The position numbers and the translations under genes are program-made. The notes under the pieces are model-generated. The model searched no databases, was not told the origin of the DNA, and worked only from the letters and a program-made list of their open reading frames with translations. Of a stretch of 64,000 nt of DNA, positions 23,822-34,437 are shown piece by piece (positions within the stretch are counted from its first letter, which is position 1; each line of letters begins with the position of its first letter). This DNA comes from Cenococcum geophilum. Taxonomy: Eukaryota. The stretch lies in contig CP158635.1 of NCBI GenBank assembly GCA_050273025.1, positions 21,204,001-21,268,000 of the forward strand, in the 5' to 3' direction.

Positions 23822-24202
23822 ATACCACAACGTAGTTATTTAGTCTACTTTATTGCAGTACTATAATAGTTTATAGTATCTCTAATTGCGCCCTATTACG
23901 ATCTTTATTTTTCCTAGTCTACTATCTCCGTTTTCCCAGCGTCAGGAAAAAATTTACCAGCATCTGATTTTACTTTTCTGCCATTTTAGCATTTTCAGCA
24001 TTTTCTAGCATTTAGCCGCCAAATGCCGCATTTATAATTAAGTATTAGCATTTAGCAGCTAAATATAGCATTTATTACTAAGTACTAGCATTTAGCCGCT
24101 AAATGCCGCATTTATAATTAAGTATTAGCATTTAGCTGCTAAATGCTAGAAAATGCTAAAATGGCAGAAAAGTAAAATTAGATGCTAGTAATTTTTTCCT
24201 AA

Positions 24203-24878
24203 AGTTCTATATAAAGTTTAAAGTTCTATATAAAGTTTTATACAAAGCTTTGCGCGAAGCTCTATATAAAGCTTTATACAAAGTTCTACATAAAGCTTTA
24301 TACAAAGTTCTACATAAAGCTTTATATAAAGCTCTGCATAAAGTTCTACACAAAGCTCTATATAAAGCTCTACACGAAGTTCTACACGAAGCTTTATATA
24401 AAGCTCTGTATAAAGTTCTACATAAAGCTCTGTATAAAGCTCTATATAAAGTTCTATATAAGGCTCTGCATAAAGTTCTATATAAGGCTCTATATAAAGC
24501 TCTATATAAAGCTCTGTATAAAGTTCTATATAAGGCTCTACACAAAGTTCTATATAAGGCTCTGCACGAAGCTCTATATAAAGCTCTACACGAAGTTTTA
24601 TACGAAGCTTTACGCAAAGCTCTATACAAAGCTCTATACGAAGTTCTATACAAGGCTCTATATAAAGCTCTATATAAGACTCTATACAAAGTTCTACACA
24701 AGGCTCTACACAAAGCTCTATACAAAGCTCTACATAAAGTTCTATACAAAGCTCTACATAAAGCTCTGCACGAAGCTCTACACAAAGCTCTTATATAAAG
24801 CTCTATATAAGGCTCTATACAAGGCTCTATATAAAGCTTTACGTATAGAGGCTCTGCACAAGGCTCTACACGAAGCTC
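24203..24878 (+). repeat. 12-bp minisatellite (consensus ~GCTCTGCACGAA), about 55 units
   Basis: Direct reading; it produces the spurious LYKA/CRAL ORFs. Confidence 0.95.
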
Positions 24879-25022
24879 CGCATTAGGTCCCCGCTATATT
24901 CCCAATAGCCTCTACACGTGCCTCCGCTAAGTATACCCCCTATATACACCTAGGTAGCCACCTTATTTTTTACCCTTCCTTACATCCTCCCTACCTAGGA
25001 AGACACCAGAACAACAGCTAGC

Positions 25023-25570
25023 AAACGACCGTTGCCGAAGCTAGACAACCGTCAGAGCCAAACAACCGTCGTTAGAGCTAAATGACCGTCGCCAAAGCCA
25101 GATAACCGTCGCCAGAGCTAGATAATCGTCATTAGAGCTAGACAACCGTCATTAGAGCCAGACAACCGTCGTTAGAGCTAGATAACCGTCGTCAGAGCTA
25201 AACAACCGTCGTTAGAGCTAGATGACCGTTGTTAGAGCCAGACGACCATTATTAGAGCCAGATAACCGTCATTAAAGCTAGACAACCGTTATCAGAGCTA
25301 GACGACCGTCGCTAGAGCTAGATAACCGTCGCCAGAGCTAGATAACCATCAAAGCCAGACGACCGTTGTTAGAGCTAGACGACCGTCGCCAGAGCTAGAT
25401 AACCATTACTAGAGCTAGACGACCGTTAGAGCCAAATAACCGTCGTTAGAGCTAGACAACTGTTGCCGGAGCCAGATAACCATCGCTAAAGCCAGACAAC
25501 CATTAGAGCCAGACGACCGTTATTAGAGCTAGACGACCGTCGCCGGAGCCAGATAACCGTCGCTAGAGCT
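25023..25570 (+). repeat. 21-bp minisatellite (~GACGACCGTCGCCAGAGCCA), about 26 units
   Basis: Head-to-tail repeats with no unique spacers. Confidence 0.95.
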
Positions 25571-26081
25571 ATATGACAACCGTTTAAACGACCAGCCAGC
25601 GAACACGATAAATGATTCGATTAATTGATTAAATCAAGGTAATATAGACCAGCGTGGTTGTTAATAATTTTATTATCAATCTTACTAATTAATATCGTTA
25701 TCGATAAGTATCGATAAGATTAATATTGATTGACGCTATTATTAATAACCCGCAAAATTTTTCTATTGTCTACAAATTCATATAATAAATGGCTTTTGAG
25801 GCAGATTTATCTTTTCTTGCGCCTTTATTAACCCAGGAATTAATTGAAACGAAGTCGAAAACGACTAGAAAGCGCTTAGCTGTTGAAATATAGGAGCACG
25901 CTCGTTAGGGTTGTTTTGGATAATGCGAATAAGCGAGCATAAAATATCCTTTATCCAATAGAAAATGCATAAAATATCGCAATCGATAAGGATAAAAGTG
26001 CCCGTGCGGAGCTTTTCTACCCCAACTGGTAAGACTCCTGGCAGAATTCGGCAGAATTTAGTAGACTTAGCAGAATTTAGC

Positions 26082-26210
26082 AGATATTGCAGATATTATA
26101 GATATTATAGATATTGCGGATATTACGGATATTACAGATATTGCGGATATTGCGAATACTACGGATATTGCGTATATTGCGGATATTATAGATATTGCGG
26201 ATATTACAGT
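26082..26210 (+). repeat. 9-bp tandem repeat (GCGGATATT) in the hAT 2 subterminal region
   Basis: Direct reading; preceded by degenerate 10-bp GGCAGAATTC units. Confidence 0.9.
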
Positions 26211-26224
26211 ACCTTTCCCCCCTA

Positions 26225-28341
26225 ACTATATAGCTAAATACTTAGAGAAAAATTACCTATTTCTCTTATAGTTCTTCTCTAATTCCAATTCTTTAAACAC
26301 TCTGTTTTCTTAAGAGTTTCAGGATCTATCTACATTCTCTCCTATAATACCATACAACGTCCTCCTAAAAAGACTCTTTCTGGCTCATCACTTATTGCTA
26401 GAATTGAGAGAATTTTAATTACTATAAGCGAGAGCCGTGGCTAGCGCTTTCGTTGCTGTTCTTAAGACCACCACTAAAGTGCAGTTATTAAAATCTTATA
26501 TAGCGTCTTAGAGATAAAGTCCTTATACTCATCTTAACTTTTTAGTCAAAATATTATACTATTAAGATCCTTAGCAATCTTATTAAACTCATTAAGGTCT
26601 TAAGCTGGAGCCAGCCTTTTATACAACGACATACTTCTAGGCGTAGAACTCCTATTCTAATATCTTTCCTAAAGCTCTTTAACGCTGTTAAGTGCAGGCT
26701 TACGCCACTCCTTCTTCTAAACCTGCTTAATATATCTTATATAACGGGCTAGATAAAGAATAAGTGCAGTGGCGTAAAGGGGCGAGTTATTTGTTTTATA
26801 ATAATATCTATTAAAGGTATTCTAATCATTTTTAATGCGTTTAGAGAACTCCTTATTAGATATATACTCCCTTTATTATATAATATTAGCTAAATTAAGA
26901 AATAAAAAGGGGGGATAAACTAACCTAGGATTTATTAAGGTGCTTAATTATAATATCTATTATAAAGAGTATATTCTTAAGCGTTGCTTTATATCCTTAG
27001 TATTTTAGGGTTGCCTGGTAGAATATCTAAAGAAAACTTTTTATTATATAAAGCGCCTCCTAGTCCTTTAGACTAAAATAGTCCTTTTTAAGCGTATTAA
27101 GGTTACGCTTAGTATATATATTAAGGGTAGACTCTTTCTTAATTACTATGCTGAGCATAAAATACTAGCTATTCCATCTCGTACGATTATTAAGCGGAAT
27201 TCTTCTCCCTATAAGACTTTTAAACTCCCTTATATGACCAGCTAAGCTACGGGTATATACGGTAATATTATAAAGCTTTCTAAGTGCGCTAAGTTTCTGA
27301 AATGTATTACTTTTCTCTTTCTCCTCTTTTAGATCTAACTCTTTTCCTTTTACCTTATCTTCTTCGTACGACTTAATATTATTAAGACTAATTAAGTTTT
27401 TAAAGAGGAAAGCCTATATAGTAAGGTTAAGAATATAACCCTAATAGCGGATCTGTTAGTAGACGGGATTCCATTCAATTCCTTCTTCCTAAAGAAGCTA
27501 GTCGCTTATTATACAACAAAGCTTATTATTTATAGTATAGTTATTAGATATAACGGCACCCAGCTTTTATATAATCCCATAGTTCTTAAGCACTAGAAGG
27601 AGAGTATTCTATTACTTATTCCCGCTATAGGAGGCTACCATACGGAGGCCGAGAAGAGCGTTTGTAAGCTTTTCCTAACTATCCGTAAAATAGCCGTAAA
27701 TTGTAAGGAGAAGGTGATTATTTGGAGAGGTCTAGATATTAACAGAAAGATAAATACTCGTTAGTGTAGACTACAGCCTCTTTTATACAATATCCTTTTA
27801 CAATAGCCATAAGTTATAGATCTTTTTACTAACTATTAAATAGGCTATAGTTATATGGCCGTCTACTTTAGAATTAATCGACTATAGAAGAATATAGAAC
27901 TCTGGCCACTTAACTATCCGAAATAGTAAGTTTTATACAACAATTAATGTAATAAGGGCCTCATTAATAACTTCTTTATTTAGGACTATTTGGAGTACTT
28001 CTAAATCTAGCTCTTCTATCTTATTTTAAGATAACGCTTTAAGGTAAAGGTCTTTTAATTAATCCCGTATTGCTTCTTTCGTATAACTAGTTTTAGGCTT
28101 AACTATAATGCTATACTTTAACGCTAAGTGGTTTCGGAAGTTAGAAGTTAACTATACAGCGTACAACTCTGTGCAGTGTTTACAATAGAATAAAAAATAG
28201 GCTTTTTTATTTCGTACGGGCTTATTACTGCCTAGTGGACGGGTATGCTCCCATATTAAAAGAGCTAAGCGACCTCTTGTATTTTTTAATTTAGAGGTAT
28301 TAATAGAGTCGAGAGCTTCTGATTCCACTTCTGAAGTTATA
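26225..28341 (-). pseudogene. hAT transposase 2
   Basis: Minus translation 'IWEHTRP...FYCKHC...NFRNHL' (BED), 'NRTRWNS', 'ILSILAISDEPERVF'. Confidence 0.9.
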
Positions 28342-31111
28342 TTTTGTACGATAATAAAGAAGAAGAAGGCGGCTGAAAATTTATTTGGGGTATGCCAAGA
28401 CTTATCGCGATAAGATTTATCCAAAACAACCCTGACGCTCGTCCACCCCAGGCTGGCTCAGAGCCAGAATTCCGCGGTAAAAACCGCATCTTTTACTGTA
28501 AATACTGTACGGATCCACCGTACAGTGCTCTAGCTAGTAATAATTTCCGATCTTACCTTAAGAGTAAGTATGGAATTAAGGTTGAGTTAACTCTAGGCCA
28601 AGTTCAGTTGGTAGCGCTTAATTAACTAAAATAGCTCTATACTAGAGCGACGTCTATAGGTTAAACGCAATAGCTTGATACCCAAGTTCTTCAAAAAGTC
28701 CTAAACCGGGACCTTATTAATAAGGCATTGGTCTTATTAATTGTTATACGAAACCTTCCGTTCCGCGTTGTTAAATAGCCTAAGTTTTATACCTTTTATT
28801 AAGTTCTAAATCCAGAAGTGGAAGGCTAGATTACTATAGCACACTCTAAGGTCGTAAAGAAGATTAAGAAATTATGGCGATTCTAAAAAGATATCATACG
28901 AAAGAAGCTTTAATTAGTATTATTAAGTATATACATTTTGCTTGATATCTAGACCTCTCTAAACCGGCTTCTTCTTCTTGGGATCTGCGCGCACTTTATT
29001 AACTGATACTAGGAGAAGCTCGTTAAAGCACTCCTTGCCCTTTGTACGGTAGCAAACCATAGTAAAGAAGAGCAATTTACTACTTTTTTTCTAGTGCTTT
29101 AGGACTATGGAATCGTACAAAAGCTTGGTTCTATTGTTTGCGATAACGCTACTTTAAATAATACGCTTTGCCGTATAGTAGCAAATTATCTTTAGGAGAA
29201 AGAGAAAGTTAAGTAGGATTCTACGTTTTGATGGATCCGCTATACTAGCTATATTATTAACTTAGCCGTATAAGCTTTTCTTTTTTAGGGCCTAATTGAG
29301 ACAGAGTAACTTAAGTTATATGACGAATAAGCCTCGCCTGCGCTAAGCCGGTTACGGCCAGTGCGTCTCTATGGCCTAACAATACTAGCTATATTATTAA
29401 CTTAGCCGTATAAGCTTTTCTTTTTTAGGGCCTAATTGAGACAGAGTAACTTAAGTTATATGACGAATAAGAAGGAAAAGGGAAAGTGGAAGGCGAAGCT
29501 AAGTAAAGGGTAGCTTTTTGGGCTATAGGACCGCTTAGAAAGTTTTATAATATTATTATATACATCCGTAATTCGGCTAGTCATATAAGGGAGTTTAAGG
29601 ATCTAGTAGGAAGAATAATTCCACTTGATAACCGGATGAGATGGAATAGCTAGTATTAGATGCTAGCTATAGCTGAATAACAGTTAAGCGCCATTAATAT
29701 ATATTTAAAGAGCCACTTTACTATACTCTAGACGGAGTATCTCTATCTAAAGGACTGGGAATTTCTTTATACGACTAAGGTATTCCTTTAACCATTCTAT
29801 TGAGTAACCCTAGAAACTTAGGGAGACTACGCGACAATTAATAGAGTACTCTTTACCATGGATATTCTTATTAAGCACTTTAAAAAGGCCCTTGTAAGTA
29901 GAATTCTTAATTTCTACTAAGTTAGATAAGGCTAATACTGTATGGTAATTTAAGTATGCTTCTAATAAGGAGTTTAGCTCCCGAATTAGGAAGGGGTGGG
30001 AGATCTTTAATAAGTACTATAGTAAAACTAATGACTCTCCTCTTTATGCAGCTGCCCTTATTCTTTATCTAAACCGTTATATAGAGTATATTCGCGTAAA
30101 CTAGAAGGCTAAATGGTAAAAGCCAATACTATAAAAGGTGAAAGAGCTTTGGGAGTCTTATTGGGAAAAAGCGCCTACTCCTCTTACTCCTTCCTTGTAT
30201 GAAAGGAAACCCTCTTAAGATTAGGATTTTGATGAATTTGATCGGATTGCTTAAGATCTAGGAATGTACGCTTGGCTAGTAAGTTAGGATGAGTACGAAG
30301 ACTATAGTAATGGAGAACCGTATGATATTGGGAAGCTATCTGCTCTTAAATAGTGGTGTTAAGATTAATAAAGAAAACGTTGGCTAAGATTATTGTATAT
30401 GGCAATTGATATTCTATTAATTCCAGCGATAAGCGATAAGCCAGAGAGAGTCTTTTTAGGAGCTTGTTGTATAATCTCATGGGAAAGGGCGCAACTAGGA
30501 GCTGAAAATATTAAGAGAGTGGAGTGTTCAAAACATTGGAAACGGAGTGGTATTATAAATGATGAGCTTGGGGTAGCTTAGCTGTAACCGACTACCCTGC
30601 GTCTCGCCTGCGTCTCGCCTGCGTATCATCCTATTTCAGCTACATTTTAGTCTCCCCTTTTAATTTATTACTTGTACCTTCCTCGTGTATATATAGACGC
30701 TTTAGAGCTACATTTACAATCAAGTCGCTCATTTAAGAAGTCACTACTTCTTCTACCTTTGCAGTGTCTTGAGCTTCTTCATTTATCAAACGAACGAACG
30801 ATCGACTCCGGTCGACGAACGTACCCGACCGACGAACGAACTGACGAATCAAATTAAGAGTTCGGAACGTCAAAATAAGGTTTTCGCCAAGACACCAATT
30901 GGACCCTGCCTGACCCCACAAATCCTAAAAATGACGACCACCAACAAATCAAAAGTTGCTCATTTAATTCTCCCACACTGCAAAGCTAACTGTGGATATA
31001 CTATTGTTATTTAATTATTGACAAGATTATTAATATTAATTGATATTGACCAATCAATATCAATATTGATTGAAGCGTTATTGACTTATTGACAACCACC
31101 CTGATATAGAC

Positions 31112-31312
31112 AGGTAGGCACAGATAGGTAGGTATAGATAGGTAGGTATAGACAGGTAGGTATAGATAGATAGGTAGATAGGTAGGTAAGCAAGCAGGTA
31201 GGTAGGTAGGTAGGTAAATAGGCAGGTAGGTAGGTAGGCAAGTAGGTAGGTATATAGGTAGGTAGGTAGGCAGGTAGGCAGGCAGGCAGGTAGATTAGTA
31301 GGTAGGTAGGTA
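31112..31312 (+). repeat. (AGGT/AGGC)n microsatellite inside CGTCAGG copy 1
   Basis: Direct reading; mirrored by (ACCT/GCCT)n at ~33227-33430. Confidence 0.95.
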
Positions 31313-32800
31313 GAAGAAAACCGTCGCTATATATTAAATTATCTAAAATAATATAATTTTATACTAACTATATAAACCAAGCAAATACTATTAAGTGCGT
31401 AAGAAGAGTAAAATATATAAAATACGCGAGGAGGGCATTATATACAGAATGCACGAGGAGGGCATTATATATTAATTGCGCATTAAGTGCAAAATACGCA
31501 ATTAGCTGCACTGCATTATTAAATACGGCAGTATGCTGCACTATATTATTAAATACGGCAGTATGCCGCACCTTAATTAATACTATACGCTACACGTTAT
31601 AGTGCGCGGAATACGCATTTGGCCGCCAAATGCTACCAAATGCTGTAAAAATGCTGGTAAATTTTTTCTTAACGAGTATAATCGCGACCTGACGCGACTA
31701 ATAACACTATACCATAGTTCTAAACAATCTTAGTATAGTCTTAGCATAGCCTTAGTATAGTCTTAGTAATCTTAGTATTATAGTTAGCCTTATAGATTCC
31801 AATTGCCTTACCTAAATCTTCTAGAATAGGCGACTATAATATAGACGACGTCCCGCCAACAAACCTTTACAAAGCGCTCGCCCGCCTTCTTAATACCTCC
31901 TATACTAATATCGCCTAGGCAATTAGGAATGGTTCTAAATACCTAAAGGACCTTAATGTGGTAGGAACCTTTCAGCAACTCTCTATATGTGCAGCCTTTT
32001 TAACTAGTATTAAAAGCGGCCTTTAAGCCGTCTATAGTAAAGGCTAAGCTATAAAGTCCTAACTTAAAAAATCTTAATATAGAATTAACTCCCTTAAGAC
32101 ACTTAAACTATATATTAAATAATATAAATAGTAAGCCCTTATATATACCAAGACTATATAAAACCTAAGCTTTTAAATTACTATACTTACTAAGACTATT
32201 ACCAACAAGAACCCTATTACTAGCTCCCCTCTTTTAACTAAGCCCTATAGAAAAAAGCGTAAAGCAAAAGATTTAACCCCGTTTAATAGTAAGGGATTAC
32301 TAATTAAAAAGTAAGAAATTTTTAAAATATAGGAAATAAAAATCTAAGGCGTTTTCTAGAGGGATGTAAAGTGCTTTAAGACCCTAATAAATGAAATCCT
32401 CTATATATTAGATATACTAATAGATAAGGCTTATAACTATGTTAAACATAGCCTTAATACGCTACGTATATACCCGAATAACCTAAGTAAATAGACCTTT
32501 TCTAACCGAGAGTCTATGTTTATATATATAAGAGGATACTATAAGACCATAGATATAACCTAAGCGGCTAAAAATAAGTTAAATACCTTAAGCTAAGGTA
32601 AGTATAACTACTAGCCCTAGAAAGCAAAGCTTAATAAGTTAATAATTAAAGTAAATAAGACTAAGGAATAAAAAGTAGATTTACTTAAAAAGAATATTTC
32701 CTCTAAGATAAAGGACCTAGCCTTTACCCTTAGCCGTAAAATTGGCAATACTAATTATAAAGGCTAAAGTAAGTAGATAGATATATTCGCTTATAACCTA

Positions 32801-33269
32801 CATTAGGAAAAAATTTACCAGCATTTTTGCAGCATTTGGCAGCATTTGGCAGCCAAATACGCATTCCGCGCACTATAACGTGTAGCGTATAGTATCGACT
32901 AAGGTGCGGCATACTGCTGTATTTAATAATGCAGTGCGGCATACTGCTATATACTGCTGTATTTAATAATATAGTGCGGCATACTGCTATATTTAATAAT
33001 GCAGTGCAGCTAATTACGCATTTTGCGCATTCTGTACATAATGCCCTCCTCGTACATTCTGTATATAATGCCCTTCTTACGTATTCTGTATATAATGCCC
33101 TTCTCGCATATTCTATATATCTTGCTTACTTTAAGTAATAAATAAGTATTGCTCTTCCTACGCAGTTGGTGCAAAATAAATTATATTATTTTAGATAATT
33201 TAATATAATATAGCGATGGTTCTCCCCTACCCGCCTACCTACTAACCTACCTGCCTGCTTACCTGCCTA

Positions 33270-33324
<55 letters not shown>

Positions 33325-34437
33325 ACCTACCTGCCTGCCTACCTGTCTGTCTGTCTGTCTATCTATCTATCTGTCTATACCTACCCGTCTATACCTACCT
33401 ATCTGTGCCTACCTGTCTGTGCCTACCTGTCTATGTCACCTTGATTCGATCGATCGATTGAATCGTTTATCGTGTTCGCTGGCTGGTCGTTCGAACGGTT
33501 GTCGTGTGGCTCTGGCGACGGTCGTGTGGCGATGACGACGGTCGTCTAGCTCTGGCGACGGTCATCTGGCTCTGACGGTCGTCTAGCTCCGGCGACGGTC
33601 GTCTGCTGGCTGTTGTTCTGGTGTCTTCCTAGGTAGGGAGGATGTAAGGAAGGGTAAAAAATGAGGTGGCTACCTAGGTGTATATAGGGGGTATACTTGG
33701 CAGAGGCACGTGTAGAGGCTATCGGGAATATAGCGGGGACCCGATGCGGAGCTTCGTGTAGAGCCTCCGTACGCAGAGCTTCGCGCAGAGCCTTGTGCAG
33801 AGCCTCTGTACGCAGAGCTTTATGTAGAGCCTTGTGTAGAGCTTCGTGCAGAGCTTCGCGTAGAGCTTCGTGCAGAGCTTTGTGTAGAGCTTCGTGTAGA
33901 GCTTCGTGTAGAGCTTCGTGCAGAACTTCGTGTAGAACTTCGTGCAGAGCTTCGTGCAGAGCTTCGTGCAGAACTTCGTGCAGAACTTCGTGTAGAACTT
34001 CGTGCAGAACTTTGTGTAGAACTTCGTGCAGAACTTCGTGTAGAACTTCGTGCAGAACTTCGTGTAGAACTTCGTGCAGAACTTCATGTAGAACTTCGTG
34101 CAGAACTTCGTGTAGAGCTTCGTGCAGAGCTTCGTGCAGAGCTTCATGCAGAGCTTCGTGCAGCATTTAATTTTACTTTTCTGCCATTTTAGCATTTTCT
34201 AGCATTTAGCAGCTAAATGCTAATACTTAATTATAAATGCAGCATTTGGCGGCTAAATGCTAGTACTTAGTAATAAATGCAGCTAAATGCTAATACTTAA
34301 TTATAAATGCGGCATTTGGCGGTAAATGCTAGTACTTGGTAATAAATGCGGCATTTAGCTGCTAAATGCTAGGAAATGCTAGAAATGCTAAAATGGCAGA
34401 AAAGTAAAATCAAATGCTGGTAAATTTTTTCCTGACG
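32801..34437 (-). mobile_element. Non-coding CGTCAGG-ended TIR element, copy 2 (2-bp TSD TA), inverted relative to copy 1
   Basis: CATTAGGAAAAAATTTACCAGCAT ... ATGCTGGTAAATTTTTTCCTGACG; TA on both flanks; removing it plus one TA restores the Gypsy D gag frame. Confidence 0.88.
33748..34163 (-). repeat. 12-bp minisatellite (GCTTCGTGCAGA) in copy 2
   Basis: Direct reading; less mutated than the copy 1 array. Confidence 0.95.

Larger units (their letters stand above)
25906..28434 (-). mobile_element. hAT DNA transposon 2, 8-bp TSD ACGCTCGT
   Basis: TIRs TAGGGTTGTTTTGGATAA / TTATCCAAAACAACCCTG; TSD at 25898-25905 and 28435-28442. Confidence 0.95.
25789..30581 (+). pseudogene. hAT transposase 1 (BED finger, catalytic core, hATC dimerisation domain), interrupted by hAT 2
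   Basis: MAFEADLS...I[W]EHAR|PPQAG...FYCKYC..NFRS[H]LKSK[H]; 'LDI[W]TSLN'; 'LDNRMRWNS[W]'; 'MAIDILLIPAISDKPERVF'; probable GTAAGT intron ~29894. Confidence 0.9.
25650..31103 (+). mobile_element. hAT DNA transposon 1, 8-bp TSD ATATAGAC
   Basis: TIRs CAGCGTGGTTGTTAATAA / TTATTGACAACCACCCTG; TSD at 25642-25649 and 31104-31111; ATCAAT/ATTGAT subterminal repeats; empty site in copy 2 (GTCTATGT ~33429-33436). Confidence 0.95.
23940..31674 (+). mobile_element. Non-coding TIR element with CGTCAGG termini, copy 1 (2-bp TSD AG), carrying nested hATs
   Basis: Left end CGTCAGGAAAAAATTTACCAGCAT; right end ATGCTGGTAAATTTTTTCTTAACG; AG on both flanks; collinear (inverted) with 32801-34437 once the hAT is removed. 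Confidence 0.85.

Noticed and set aside
24207..24798. Long ORFs on both strands (CRALYR/LYKALH repeats), also at 33546-34195
   Set aside because: They are translations of a 12-bp minisatellite, open in several frames simply because the unit lacks stops
25023..25570. Regular 21-bp repeats resembling a CRISPR array
   Set aside because: Head-to-tail units without unique spacers, no cas genes, eukaryotic TE context
25965..26225. ORF with YCGY repeats (metallothionein/keratin-like appearance)
   Set aside because: Translation of the 9-bp subterminal repeat of hAT 2
30672..31014. Cluster of short overlapping ORFs in a weakly RIP-mutated stretch
   Set aside because: Lies in the hAT 1 3' non-coding region with short GACGAAC repeats; no protein similarity recognised
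31688..31694. CCTGACG in Gypsy D sequence just beyond the CGTCAGG copy 1 end
   Set aside because: A single 7-mer not preceded by the rest of the TIR; the terminus at 31674 has the full TIR and TSD. Probably chance
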